A stretch of DNA of 61,954 nucleotides, filler included. It is 7 parts of 7 records of this genome, joined end to end, with 100 filler letters (N's around TTAATTAATTAA, not from the genome) between each part and the next. Parts side by side here need not be neighbours in the genome. Positions count along the whole stretch, not along the records: positions 37,819 to 44,035 come from DRR723986_7975; positions 44,136 to 50,123 come from DRR723986_7976; 5 more parts are not named here. The stretch is one strand, 5' to 3'. Position numbers and translations under genes: made by a program. Under the pieces are notes generated by a model. The model made no database searches. It was not told the origin of the DNA and saw only the letters and a program-made list of their open reading frames with translations. Numbering within the stretch: position 1 is the first letter of the stretch; the number at the start of each line of letters is the position of its first letter. Below, one piece after another: positions 38,375-48,337 of the stretch.

Positions 38375-38455
38375 GTGCGTTGGCCGCTTTCCGGTTGCTG
38401 AAACAATAATGATAGCAACTGGCTTCAACACAAAATTCTGCGTTCCCGAGTACTT

Positions 38456-39622
38456 TCAAAACAGGCGGGCGATCCGGTGGACGAGCCGTGCGAGTTGAAG
38501 TTGTGTGTGCGCTCCGGTCTTTTCATAGATCCGTCGCAGGTGTGTTTTTGCAGTGTTCTGCGTGATGCCGAGATCCTGGATCGTGGTGCTCAGTGCGCCG
38601 GTCATGGTCAGATGCCATGCCAGACGTGCTTCGGAATTTGAAAGTTCGTAGTGATCCTGAAGGCAAATTTCGACCTCTTCCGGAGGGTCTTTTGATGTTG
38701 TCGTGCGGATTAAAAACAAAGGTTGTGCGCAGGCGTCCGGCGGCAGGCCCGGGCACGAAACGGTCTCCAGTGACACCCGGCAGACAAGCCCGCTCTCCGG
38801 TGCGGGACAAAAAAGGACGCTTGTCGGGTCTGCGATGCCGCCGTCTTCGAAAGTCGCCAGTTGTTCCTGCAGGGCAATCTCAAGGCGTCTGCTGTTGATC
38901 GCCAGGTGCCGCTGCCGACGGACGGCGATATCCAGTTCGTTCAACCTTTCCAACCCTTCTGACGTTTCGGCAAGTATCACCCGGTTGGCGTCGACAAGAA
39001 CCGCAGCGCTCTCCTGTTCCAAAAGCATCAATTCCTGGAGCTGGTTTTCGAGCCGTTGTTTTTCCAGTTGGAAATGCAGATCGAGTGCGGGCAGCAGCGC
39101 ACTGACGAGGGTGTGAAAGGTCGCGCTGGCCCGGTCCGCGTCAATCCTTTCGGTGCTGTATCCTCTGAAAAGGCAGCCAAACAGGACGGAAGAGTGTGCA
39201 GTGCGCCTGACTGGGGTAACCAGCCCGGGAGCATTTTTCAGCCAGTTGTCTGCCATATTCGCATCTGAGTGCGAAGTTTCCTGCGATCCGGTGGCGGGGG
39301 CGGATGCCGTCTGTCGATGGTTCGCCAGGGATGTCTTTGAATAGGGGTAGAGCGGGGCGGCTTCGGTGAGCAGGAACTCGAATGCGGAGTTGCCGCTCAC
39401 CGTTTCAATGCGGCTAAAAAGGGTCGCGAGCTCTCTGGCCTGGTCTTCGCCGCCAAGGGACCTTAACGGTGTCCCGTCTCCATCGTATTCGGCAAGAAAG
39501 GTTCTGCAGTTCAGTTTGCCGTCGATGAAGTTCAGTACCGGGGGCCAACCTTCAGGTTGCAGCGGGCGCTTGAGCATCTGCATAAGTAGTTCTATGTGAT
39601 CGCGTTGGCTGAGTGCCGGCAT
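38456..39622 (-). CDS. LuxR-type C-terminal HTH regulator with long sensory N-terminus
   Basis: YELSNSEARLAWHL...LGITQNTAKTHLRRIYEKTGAHTQLQLARL. Confidence 0.85.
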   Translation of the reverse strand: MPALSQRDHIELLMQMLKRPLQPEGWPPVLNFIDGKLNCRTFLAEYDGDGTPLRSLGGEDQARELATLFSRIETVSGNSAFEFLLTEAAPLYPYSKTSLANHRQTASAPATGSQETSHSDANMADNWLKNAPGLVTPVRRTAHSSVLFGCLFRGYSTERIDADRASATFHTLVSALLPALDLHFQLEKQRLENQLQELMLLEQESAAVLVDANRVILAETSEGLERLNELDIAVRRQRHLAINSRRLEIALQEQLATFEDGGIADPTSVLFCPAPESGLVCRVSLETVSCPGLPPDACAQPLFLIRTTTSKDPPEEVEICLQDHYELSNSEARLAWHLTMTGALSTTIQDLGITQNTAKTHLRRIYEKTGAHTQLQLARLVHRIARLF

Positions 39623-40073
39623 GCTCTGCTGCGTCTATTAATGATTACATTGTCAGGGTTCTGTTTGACAATATATTTATCAAATTATCGAATAAATGGC
39701 AATAAATCTGCCAATAGTAACCTAGGGTACGTGTAGCCGAATGATCGTTCAATAGTATGAAATTTATTATGTCAGAATCTGGGTGGAACTTGGGCTTACT
39801 TCAAAATGAATAAAGTGGATGCTGGCTTGTGCTGGTGGATTGGCCGCAGTTGACGCCGTCTTCTCGATAAAGGCGGCCGACACATCAACGAGGCGACGCG
39901 CTCGCAATGCCGGCGACATTCCGGTTGGCGATTGAGCAGCCGCAAGCCGGTCAAGACGATGAGGTTTGACGTAAGCTAAGCGCCTCTGTCGGCCGAACAG
40001 GCCACGTATAAGGGGAGCTGATCGCGATCTGACGGTATGGGGTCTGGTCGGACTGGAAAATGACCTTGTCGGA

Positions 40074-40322
40074 TTATTGCGGGTCGAGTGCTTCGGTGCC
40101 GCTGGCTTCGCCATTTTGACCCAGTTGGATCTTCTCGACCTTGGCTTCCGCCGATTTCAGGAGTGTGTCGCAATGTTTGCGCAGCGCATCACCGCGCTCG
40201 TACATGTCGATGCTTCGCTCCAGCGGTACGTTACCCTGCTCGAGTTCCCGCACAATGGTTTCCAACTGCTTCAGCGCTTCTTCAAAGGAAAGGCCGGCAA
40301 TATCGTTGGCAGCATCGGTCAT
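40074..40322 (-). CDS. xseB: Exodeoxyribonuclease VII small subunit
   Basis: [34 protein letters not shown]. Confidence 0.95.
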   Translation of the reverse strand: MTDAANDIAGLSFEEALKQLETIVRELEQGNVPLERSIDMYERGDALRKHCDTLLKSAEAKVEKIQLGQNGEASGTEALDPQ

Positions 40323-40461
40323 CGGTCGGATCCCGTTTGTCTGGATGGCATCTGGTCTTGAGGGAAACTTGCGGTCTGAGGGCCGAAGGTCAAGGTTTCA
40401 TTTGGGTCTTCAGACGGTCATCCCCGTGCTTTTCGATCTTGCTGCACCGAAGCGGGATCAC

Positions 40462-41391
40462 TTAACCTGTCATCAACGTCATGACATGGGCTGCGACCGA
40501 TCGCGCCAGGCCCTCGAGATCGTATCCGCCTTCAAGGACGGAGATCAGGTGGCCGTTGCTATGGGCATCGGCAACGTCCATCAGCGCCCGCGTTGCCCAG
40601 GCAAAGTCGGCTTCGACCAGATTAAGGCCCCCAAGCGGGTCGCGCATGTGCGCATCGAAACCTGCGGAAACGATGACCAACTCCGGCGCGAAGTGATTGA
40701 GGCGAGGCAGCAGCAGGACTTCGAACGCTTCCTTGAAGCCGGTTCCATCCTCCCCCGGGGCCAGAGGTGCATTCACGATCGTGTTGGCTTCTCCAGTCTC
40801 CGAGGCGGCTCCCGAGCCCGGATAAAGCGGCATCTGGTGGGTAGAGCAATACATTACCGTGGGATCGTCCCAGAAAATGTCCTGCGTGCCGTTGCCGTGG
40901 TGAACGTCGAAATCGACGATGGCCACCCGTTCCAGTCCGAACTTTGCCTGCGCGTAACGCGCAGCAACCGCAGCGTTGTTGAAAAAGCAGAAGCCCATGG
41001 CGCGGTCTTTTTCCGCGTGGTGGCCCGGCGGGCGGGACGCGGAAAAGGCGTTGTTGACCTTTTTCGTCAAGACCTCGTCGACCGCACGGCATGCACCGCC
41101 AACGCCGCGAAGCGCTGCTTCCCAGGTGCCGGGCGACATGGTGGTGTCCGCATCAACCCGGGCTGTTCCTTCCGCCGGCGCCAGCCGGTGGATCTGGTCG
41201 ACGTAGCTCATCGGGTGGGCGCGGGCGATGTCCTCAACGGTTCCCATGGGGGCGAGGTCGCGCTCCACGGACTGGAATTTTTCGTGCTCCAGGATCCTGT
41301 CGATCGCCCGGATCCGATCCGGTCGCTCCGGGTGCCCCACAGGTGTCAGGTGGTCGAGATAGGACGAATGATGCAGAAGCAAGGTAGACAA
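40462..41391 (-). CDS. Histone deacetylase family (AcuC/AphA-like) protein
   Basis: GHPERPDR, RPPGHHA, GFCFFNN, DFDVHHGNGTQ, SAGFDAH, LEGGY; TTG start re-called at 41391. Confidence 0.93.
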   Translation of the reverse strand: MSTLLLHHSSYLDHLTPVGHPERPDRIRAIDRILEHEKFQSVERDLAPMGTVEDIARAHPMSYVDQIHRLAPAEGTARVDADTTMSPGTWEAALRGVGGACRAVDEVLTKKVNNAFSASRPPGHHAEKDRAMGFCFFNNAAVAARYAQAKFGLERVAIVDFDVHHGNGTQDIFWDDPTVMYCSTHQMPLYPGSGAASETGEANTIVNAPLAPGEDGTGFKEAFEVLLLPRLNHFAPELVIVSAGFDAHMRDPLGGLNLVEADFAWATRALMDVADAHSNGHLISVLEGGYDLEGLARSVAAHVMTLMTG

Positions 41392-41794
41392 GGGGGCGTT
41401 TCCGGAAGGTCGATTGTTATCTTTTGTCGGCTCTGCATCAGAACGGTTGCCGGACAGGCTGTCAATTCCCGCATTGGAATAACGACTGCGGCAAAATTGG
41501 TGAACCGCGGAAAGGAAAGCCGGGAGGTCGGGGGGCATTTTAGAAAGTCAGGTCGGATGGAACTCGGACCCCGATACCGGTTCCACATGGGGCTTGTCCC
41601 GCATCGCGGGAGAGGTGGCTTAAGTCTGATCTGGGAATTCACTTGAACTTCGCTTGAAAACTTTCGCCACCGCATTGATCGCGTTGGAGGCAGGTGCCGT
41701 ACATGAGGCAGCAACAAAGGGCGGTGCTGCACGGCTCCCGGTACACCGGCTTCAGCTTCGGCTGGCCGGGCTTGCGTCATGGAAGGGGAGGGTC

Positions 41795-41875
41795 AAAAAA
41801 AGGGGGCCGGCTCTTTGCCGGCCCTTACCGAGGTGCGAGCACCGCAATGCCCGAGGGGAGGTCCGCTGCATCTCA
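41795..41875 (-). ncRNA. Candidate trans-acting sRNA with anti-Shine-Dalgarno motif
   Basis: Minus strand has CCUCCCCUC, a GGUG-cucg-CACC hairpin, and terminator GGGCCGGC-aaaga-GCCGGCCC-cc-U7, about 350 nt downstream of the sua5 stop. Confidence 0.5.
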
Positions 41876-42222
41876 AATCTGATTCTTAAACTACGTGATT
41901 CCAGTAAGGGAATGCGAGCTTTTTACCGTAATCCATTTGGGTCATGGTGTTGATAAGTTTGCAGTAGAGGGGCGTATCTCGATAGATATTATATGATTTG
42001 CTTAACCAAAATCGAGTTGCGAAGGCGGTAGTTGCTTGTCCGTTAAAGCGGAAACTTGCGTCTCTTTTCGGTTAACTTAAGGCGATCGGGATTCAGCTTG
42101 AAATTTAGCGCCTGCTTCCGAGTTGCTGTTTTTTAAGGCCTTTTGTTTTGGTGCCGAAGAATGCGCCAAAACATTGCCGGATGAATTTAGCCGGCTCATT
42201 CCATCGCAAGCGTTGGTCGAGT

Positions 42223-43218
42223 TCAGTCGCGTGGTGCCGCCGCACGGCGCAGCCGATCGTTGATCGCTTCGCCCAATCCAAAGCTGGGGATAAACTGCAC
42301 CTTGATGACGCGGACACCCTTGGCGTCCAGAAATCGCATGGCGCGAAACAGATTTGCGGCAGCTTCGGCAAGTTCACCTGCCGGGCTCAGGTTGAATTCA
42401 GCCTGTGCACGATCTGCCCCTGGCAAACGATCAGCCCCGAAGGAGAGCAGTCCGTCTGCGGCGTTCACCTCGCTGGCGTTCAGTATCATCGCAGCGTCGG
42501 GGGCATAGTGAGACGTCAACATGCCGGGGGCTGCAGGAGCGTCCGGCCGCATGTCGGGGCTGGCGCCTTGCAGCGATTGGCCAAGTACGCGTTCGATATC
42601 CTCGCGGGCAAGGCCGCCTGGCCGCAACAGGCGCGGTGTGCCGTCAACCAGGCCGACGATGGTGGATTCTATGCCGACGGCACAAGCGCCTGCATCAATG
42701 ACGAAGCTGAGCGAAGGGCCGAGATCGGCAACGACGTCCTCTGCGCGCGTCGGACTGATCTTGCCCGAGCGGTTTGCGCTTGGCGCCGCGAGAGGCCTGC
42801 CGGTCTTTTCTGCCAGAAATCGCATCACCGGACCGACCGGAACCCGAAGCGCAACAGTCTGAAGTCCGGCAGTGGCCAGATCGGAAATCGGGGAGGCTGG
42901 GCGTTTGGGCACGACCAGCGTCAAGGGGCCGGGCCAGAAGGCTTCAGCCAGTGCAAGTGCGCGTTCGTCGAAAACACCATGTTCCAGTGCTGCATCCAGC
43001 GTCTGGATGTGGGAGATGAGCGGATTGAACTGGGGCCTGCCCTTGGCGGCAAAAATCTTCGCACAGGCCGTGCCGTTGGTGGCATCGGCGGCAAGGCCGT
43101 AAACGGTTTCGGTTGGCACCGCCACAAGGTCACCCGCCATAAGCGCAGCGCACACCGCATCTGCTTCAGGCGCTTTCTTCCAGTCAGGTGCCACGATGTC
43201 GAGCGTCCAAGTCCGCAT
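42223..43218 (-). CDS. sua5: Threonylcarbamoyl-AMP synthase (Sua5/TsaC)
   Basis: PTETVYGL, KGRPQFNPLISH, APSANRSG, PGMLTSHYAP, AINDRLRRAA. Confidence 0.93.
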   Translation of the reverse strand: MRTWTLDIVAPDWKKAPEADAVCAALMAGDLVAVPTETVYGLAADATNGTACAKIFAAKGRPQFNPLISHIQTLDAALEHGVFDERALALAEAFWPGPLTLVVPKRPASPISDLATAGLQTVALRVPVGPVMRFLAEKTGRPLAAPSANRSGKISPTRAEDVVADLGPSLSFVIDAGACAVGIESTIVGLVDGTPRLLRPGGLAREDIERVLGQSLQGASPDMRPDAPAAPGMLTSHYAPDAAMILNASEVNAADGLLSFGADRLPGADRAQAEFNLSPAGELAEAAANLFRAMRFLDAKGVRVIKVQFIPSFGLGEAINDRLRRAAAPRD

Positions 43219-43381
43219 GTGCCTCACTCGCTTGCGTACCCGGCAGCCGAGAGCTGCCCGGATGTGCGAAGATTTCGGTTCCGACAGTGACGGTACAATG
43301 AGTTCCGGAAGGGCTCGAGCCGACCGGACGTGTCATTTCCGCAATTGACCAAAAAGACGATGACCTGCCGCTGCGATACGG

Positions 43382-43399
43382 GTTGACGTTAACGTCAAC
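43382..43399. promoter_or_regulatory. LiuR-type (MerR family) operator
   Basis: Perfect 18-bp palindrome GTTGACGTTAACGTCAAC upstream of an acyl-CoA dehydrogenase. Confidence 0.75.
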
Positions 43400-43532
43400 G
43401 GGTCTATTGTCCTTTCAAACCGCTGTCGATAGCGCCTTTTGCGGAGTAGCCTTGCCGCCGTCAAGCTCGGAACAGCGAAAACCGCCACCCGGCGGCAAGA
43501 ATCGAAAGCCAATTGGTTTTGGGAGGACCTGA

Positions 43533-44035
43533 ATGTATCGCGCACCCGTCGATGAGATTGCCTTCACTCTGAAACATGTCTGCGGTCTGCCCGACCTGCA
43601 AAAGAGTGCCCGTCATGCCGAACTCGGCGACGATCTTGTCGATGCCATCCTGACCGAGGCGGGCCGGTTTGCCGCCGAGGAAATCGCACCTCTCAATGCA
43701 GTTGCCGACAAGCACGGCACACCGCTTGCCGACGGCAAGGTGTCTACTCCTCCGGGGTGGCGCGAGGCTTATCATGCATGGATCGAGGGCGGCTGGAACA
43801 GCCTGACCGCCAATCCGGAGTCCGGCGGCCAGGGCCTGCCGGTCATGATGTCGGCGGCGGCGCTGGAAATGTGGAACTCCGGCTCAATGGCATTCGCCAT
43901 CGGACCGACCCTGACCATCGGCGCTATCGAGGCGATGGAAAAACACGCTTCGGAAGAGCTCAAGGAAAAATACCTGGAGAAGCTGGTTTCAGGCGAGTGG
44001 ATGGGCACCATGAACCTGACCGAACCGCAGGCCGG
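43533..44035 (+). CDS. Acyl-CoA dehydrogenase, 3'-truncated
   Basis: MYRAPV..., GGQGLP, KLVSGEWMGTMNLTEPQAG. Confidence 0.92.
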
Positions 44036-44135
44036 NNNNNNNNNNNNNNNNNNNNNNNNNNNNNNNNNNNNNNNNNNNNTTAATTAATTAANNNNNNNNN
44101 NNNNNNNNNNNNNNNNNNNNNNNNNNNNNNNNNNN
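44036..44135. other. Artificial contig spacer
   Basis: N44-TTAATTAATTAA-N44. Confidence 0.99.
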
Positions 44136-44152
44136 GTCTTCATCTTGGGCAT
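44136..44152 (-). CDS. rpmI: 50S ribosomal protein L35, first codons only
   Basis: AAGGAG RBS then MPKMK(T). Confidence 0.8.
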
Positions 44153-44230
44153 TTCCGTCTCCTTAAATTTGGGTTCGGTTTCAGCACGACTCGGCATGCC
44201 ACTTTGGCCGGTCGTGCAACACGAAGCCGC

Positions 44231-44259
44231 CGTATAGGGGGGGCTGGGGGCTAATGCAA
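44231..44259 (-). promoter_or_regulatory. sigma70 promoter of rpmI
   Basis: TTGCAT-N17-TATACG. Confidence 0.6.
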
Positions 44260-44290
44260 GGGGCAAAAACGGCTGTTTTACCCTATTTTC

Positions 44291-44518
44291 CTAAAGAAAC
44301 CGCGCAATCACTTGCACCAAAACCGTTGGGATATCGGCCAGCCCATAGGCCGTGGGGCTGGCCCAATAGGCCCAGCCCACCGCCAACAGCCCCGAAAGGC
44401 ACAGCAAAACGGACAGGCGCGGAATATACCTGTCGGCATAGGCCGCAACGATCGACGGGATCGACAAGACCAAGAGCACCAGGCCTATTACCAAAACGCT
44501 ATCCGCATCCAGCCCCAT
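44291..44518 (-). CDS. Small membrane protein
   Basis: Two hydrophobic segments; lies between pyk and rpmI. Confidence 0.7.
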   Translation of the reverse strand: MGLDADSVLVIGLVLLVLSIPSIVAAYADRYIPRLSVLLCLSGLLAVGWAYWASPTAYGLADIPTVLVQVIARFL

Positions 44519-44550
44519 AGGCGCACCCCCTACCCTAAACCGATGCCAAA

Positions 44551-45996
44551 TTAGCCCGGATCGGTGGCAAATATCAAACGCTCTTCGCAGGGCGCCACGC
44601 GCAAGATATTGGTGGTGCCGGGCACGTTAAATGGCACGCCGGCGATCACCAGGATCTGATCTGTCTCGGTGGCATAGCCGCCATCGCGCGCGGCGCGCGC
44701 GGCATTGACCACCGCCATCTTAAAGCGTGTCATGTCGCCGGTCATCACGCTGTTCACCCCCCAGGTCAGCGCCAGGCGCCGCGCGGTGGCGCGCACCGAT
44801 GTCATGCCGATAATGGGCACGCGCGGGCGTTCGCGGGCGGTCAGCGCGGCGGTGGTGCCGCTTTCGGTATAGCAGCAGATCGCGCGAATATTGGTGGTTT
44901 CGGCAATCTCACGCGCCGCCGCCACGATGCCATCGGCCACGGTGTGGCGATGCACGCTGCGGCTGGCCTCGATCACCTCGCGGTAGGTTGGGTCGCTTTC
45001 CACCTCGATGGCCACGTTATTCATGGTTTCCACCGCCTCGCGCGGGTAGTGGCCGGCCGCCGATTCTGCCGATAGCATAATGGCATCGGCCCCCTCGTAG
45101 ATGGCGGTGGCCACATCCGACACTTCGGCGCGGGTGGGCATGGGGCTTTCGATCATCGATTCCAGCATTTGCGTGGCCACGATCACCGGTTTGGCCGCCG
45201 AGCGGCATTGCCGCACCAGCCGCTTTTGGATGGGGGGCACGTTTTGCACCGGCAATTCCACCCCCAGATCACCACGCGCCACCATTATACCATCGCTGGC
45301 CGCCAGGATCTGATCAAAGGCCTTTACCGCCGCGGGTTTTTCGATTTTCGACAGCACCGCCGCACGGCCCGCCGCCAGGCTGCGGGCCTCGTGCACATCT
45401 TCGGGGCGCTGAACAAAGGACAGCGCCAGCCAATCCACCCCCAGCTGGCAGACAAATTCCAGATCGGCGCGGTCTTTTTCAGACAGCGCCGCCAAGGGCA
45501 GCACCACATCGGGCACATTCACCCCCTTGCGGTTTGAAATCACGCCCCCCACCAGCACGGCGCAATTGGCAAAATCAGCGCCACAGTCAACCACTTGCAG
45601 GCGGATTTTGCCATCGTTCACCAGCAATGTTGCCCCCGGCTGCAGCGCTGCAAAAATTTCCGGATGCGGCAGGCAGACGCGGCTGCCATCGCCCGGGGCG
45701 CTGTCAAGATCAAGGCGGAACATCGCCCCTTCGGCCAGATCTTCGGCGTCATTTGCAAATGTGCCAACCCGCAGTTTCGGCCCCTGAAGATCGGCCAAAA
45801 TGGCGATGGGGCTGCCCAGATCAGCCTCGACCTTGCGAATGGCCGCGTGGCGGGCGCGTATCTCGTCGTGGCTGCCGTGGCTCATATTCAGGCGAAACAC
45901 ATCCGCCCCCGCCTCGTGCAGGGTGCGGATCATCTCGTAGCCATCTGATGCCGGGCCCAAGGTGGCCACGATTTTGACATTGCGATTGCGTCTCAT
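44551..45996 (-). CDS. pyk: Pyruvate kinase
   Basis: KIVATLGPAS, RLNMSHG, DLQGPKLR, MVARGDLGVE, ATQMLESM. Confidence 0.96.
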   Translation of the reverse strand: MRRNRNVKIVATLGPASDGYEMIRTLHEAGADVFRLNMSHGSHDEIRARHAAIRKVEADLGSPIAILADLQGPKLRVGTFANDAEDLAEGAMFRLDLDSAPGDGSRVCLPHPEIFAALQPGATLLVNDGKIRLQVVDCGADFANCAVLVGGVISNRKGVNVPDVVLPLAALSEKDRADLEFVCQLGVDWLALSFVQRPEDVHEARSLAAGRAAVLSKIEKPAAVKAFDQILAASDGIMVARGDLGVELPVQNVPPIQKRLVRQCRSAAKPVIVATQMLESMIESPMPTRAEVSDVATAIYEGADAIMLSAESAAGHYPREAVETMNNVAIEVESDPTYREVIEASRSVHRHTVADGIVAAAREIAETTNIRAICCYTESGTTAALTARERPRVPIIGMTSVRATARRLALTWGVNSVMTGDMTRFKMAVVNAARAARDGGYATETDQILVIAGVPFNVPGTTNILRVAPCEERLIFATDPG

Positions 45997-46131
45997 ATCA
46001 TTTCCTTTTGCCATTCAGGCGGCAGTGTGGTGCCAAAAGCGGCGCGCCATTTTTCAGCGCGCCCGCAACCGGCGGCAGTTCCAATTTGCTGCGTTCTGTC
46101 CTAGAGCCTGCACAAAGGAAAAGACAGCCCT

Positions 46132-46872
46132 ATGACATATGCACCCTTCGAAATTGTGAATGAAACCGCCAACGCACGTTGGTTGATCACCTGCGATCAC
46201 GCAGCAAACACTGTGCCAGCCTTTGTGGGCGGCGGCGATCTGGGCATCGCGGCGGCGGATATGAACCGCCATATCGCCTATGACATTGGCGCCGCCGGGG
46301 TCAGCCGGGCCTTGGCGCAGCATTTGGGGTGCAGCGCGATCTTGTCGAATTTCTCGCGCCTTGTGATCGATCCGAACCGCGGCGAAGATGACCCAACGCT
46401 GCTGATGAAGCTTTACGACGGCACGATCATTCCCGCCAATCGCCATGCCGGCCCCGAGGCGCTGCAAGAGCGGCTCAACCGCTGCCACCGCCCCTATCAC
46501 ACCGCATTGGCGCAGCTGGCCGCGCGCCGCCCCGATACGGTGATCGTGGCCATCCACAGCTTTACCCCGCAGCTGCGCGGGCGCCCGCCCCGGCCCTGGC
46601 ATGTGGGCATTCTTTATGCCGCCGATCAGCGCCTGTCGCAGCCCCTGTTGCAGCTGCTGCGCGCGCAGCCCGATCTGTGCGTGGGCGAAAACCAGCCCTA
46701 TTCGGGGCATTTGCCCAATGATGCCATAGCCCGCCACGCGCTGGCCCATCAGCGCCACAACACCCTGATCGAGCTGCGCAACGATCTGATCGAAACCCAG
46801 GCACAACAGCACGCTTGGGCCGCACGGCTGGCGCCTTTGTTGCAAGCCGCGCTGGACCAAGTGGCCCCCTAA
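46132..46872 (+). CDS. N-formylglutamate amidohydrolase family protein
   Basis: TCDHA, HIAYDIGA, SRLVIDPNR, HSFTP, IELRNDLI. Confidence 0.9.
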   Translation: MTYAPFEIVNETANARWLITCDHAANTVPAFVGGGDLGIAAADMNRHIAYDIGAAGVSRALAQHLGCSAILSNFSRLVIDPNRGEDDPTLLMKLYDGTIIPANRHAGPEALQERLNRCHRPYHTALAQLAARRPDTVIVAIHSFTPQLRGRPPRPWHVGILYAADQRLSQPLLQLLRAQPDLCVGENQPYSGHLPNDAIARHALAHQRHNTLIELRNDLIETQAQQHAWAARLAPLLQAALDQVAP

Positions 46873-46920
46873 CCCCATATTTCCCTAAATCCGCCAAAGA
46901 CCAGCGACATGGAGAGCAAC

Positions 46921-47247
46921 ATGGACGAGCAAACCCGCATCGAAATAGAGGCCGCAGCCTTTCGCACCTTGCGTGCGCATCTGATGGAAAAGCGCAGCGA
47001 TGTGCAAAATATCGATCTGATGAACCTGGCAGGGTTTTGCCGCAACTGCCTAAGCCGGTGGTATCAAGAGGCCGCAAATGAGCGTGGCATCGAGATGAAC
47101 AAGGAAGAGGCGCGCGAGATCTACTACGGCATGCCCTATGATACGTGGAAGGCGCAGAATCAAACCGCCGCCTCTGCGGCCCAAAAAGCCGCCTTCGATG
47201 TGGCTTTTGCCGAAAATGTGGGGGCTGAGGCCAGCACCAAGAAATAA
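46921..47247 (+). CDS. DUF1244 protein
   Basis: EAAAFRTL...DVQNIDLMNLAGFCRNCLSRWY...YGMPY. Confidence 0.9.
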   Translation: MDEQTRIEIEAAAFRTLRAHLMEKRSDVQNIDLMNLAGFCRNCLSRWYQEAANERGIEMNKEEAREIYYGMPYDTWKAQNQTAASAAQKAAFDVAFAENVGAEASTKK

Positions 47248-47420
47248 GAACAGATTTCGCCCCTGGGGCGGGTGGCAGAACGCCATTCGCCCCCGCAGGC
47301 CCCTACGCGGCCATCTGCACCGGGCCTTGGCCGCAAGCCAAAATGCCGGTCTGCCGGGGCGCGGCGTGCCGCAACGGCGCCCTCTTTTCAGGCCGCAGAT
47401 TTCGCGCCATCACAGGCGCC

Positions 47421-48260
47421 ATGAGCATGACATTCCCCCTTCCGGCCCATGGATGGCCGCTATTGCAGCCCGGCTGGGTTTGGCTGGTGGGCGCAGGCCC
47501 CGGCGACCCGGGGTTGCTAACCTTGCATGGGCTGAACGCGCTTAGCCAGGCCGATGTGGTTGTGCATGATGCGCTGGTCACTAGCGATATTTTAGATTGG
47601 GCACCGCAGGCGCGGCTTGTTAATATGGGCAAGAGGGCTGGAAAAACCTCGGCCCGGCAGGAAGATATCAGCGATTATCTGGTCGATCTGGCCCGCCAGG
47701 GCCTGCGGGTGCTGCGGCTGAAAGGGGGCGACCCTTACGTTTTTGGGCGCGGCGGCGAAGAGGCGCAAGTGCTGGCACGGGCGGGCGTGCCCTTTCGTGT
47801 GGTGCCAGGCATCACGGCCGGTATCGGTGGCCTGGCCGCGGCCGGCATTCCGGTGACGCATCGCGCCTGCAACCAGGCTGTTACCTTTGTCACCGGCCAT
47901 GATCACACCGGCGCCAGCCCCGCCTCGCTGGATTGGGCGGCGATTGCCCAAGGCAGCCAGATGTTGGTGATTTACATGGGCCTGTCCCATGCCGCCACGA
48001 TCACCGCCAAGCTGATCGCGGCCGGCCGCCCCAAGGACGAGCCTTGCGCCATTTTGGCCCATGCCACCCTGCCCAGCCAAAAGCTGGTGGAAACCACCCT
48101 GGCCCAGCTGCCGGGAGCGCTGCAAGACAGCGCCATCACCGCGCCTGCGCTGATCTGTGTGGGCCGCAATGTGGCGTTGCGCGCGCAATTGGATTGGCAG
48201 GCCATGGCCCCCCATATGGCCCCCCAAATGGCCCCGCAAATGGCAATGGCCGCCGAGTAG
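47421..48260 (+). CDS. cobA: Uroporphyrinogen-III C-methyltransferase
   Basis: VWLVGAGPGDPGLLT, RLKGGDPYVFGRGGEE, VPGITA, PVTHR. Confidence 0.93.
   Translation: MSMTFPLPAHGWPLLQPGWVWLVGAGPGDPGLLTLHGLNALSQADVVVHDALVTSDILDWAPQARLVNMGKRAGKTSARQEDISDYLVDLARQGLRVLRLKGGDPYVFGRGGEEAQVLARAGVPFRVVPGITAGIGGLAAAGIPVTHRACNQAVTFVTGHDHTGASPASLDWAAIAQGSQMLVIYMGLSHAATITAKLIAAGRPKDEPCAILAHATLPSQKLVETTLAQLPGALQDSAITAPALICVGRNVALRAQLDWQAMAPHMAPQMAPQMAMAAE
48204..48239 (+). repeat. 12-bp tandem repeat (3 copies) at the cobA 3' end
   Basis: ATGGCCCCCCAT ATGGCCCCCCAA ATGGCCCCGCAA (MAPH MAPQ MAPQ). Confidence 0.85.
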
Positions 48261-48337
48261 CCCGCCGCGCAAGCGCTGTCGTTAACATATTCAAAATCTA
48301 TCTTGCGTCTGCTGCGTTGCAGGTCTAGCACTTTGGC

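Noticed and set aside
39767-40114. 115-aa ORF between xseB and the LuxR gene (possible ispA remnant)
   Set aside because: No prenyltransferase DDxxD motifs, overlaps xseB, and composition is not protein-like.
40141-41646. 501-aa + strand ORF
   Set aside because: Antisense shadow of xseB and the deacetylase in GC-rich DNA; no recognisable motifs.
42148-43290. 380-aa + strand ORF
   Set aside because: Antisense shadow of sua5.
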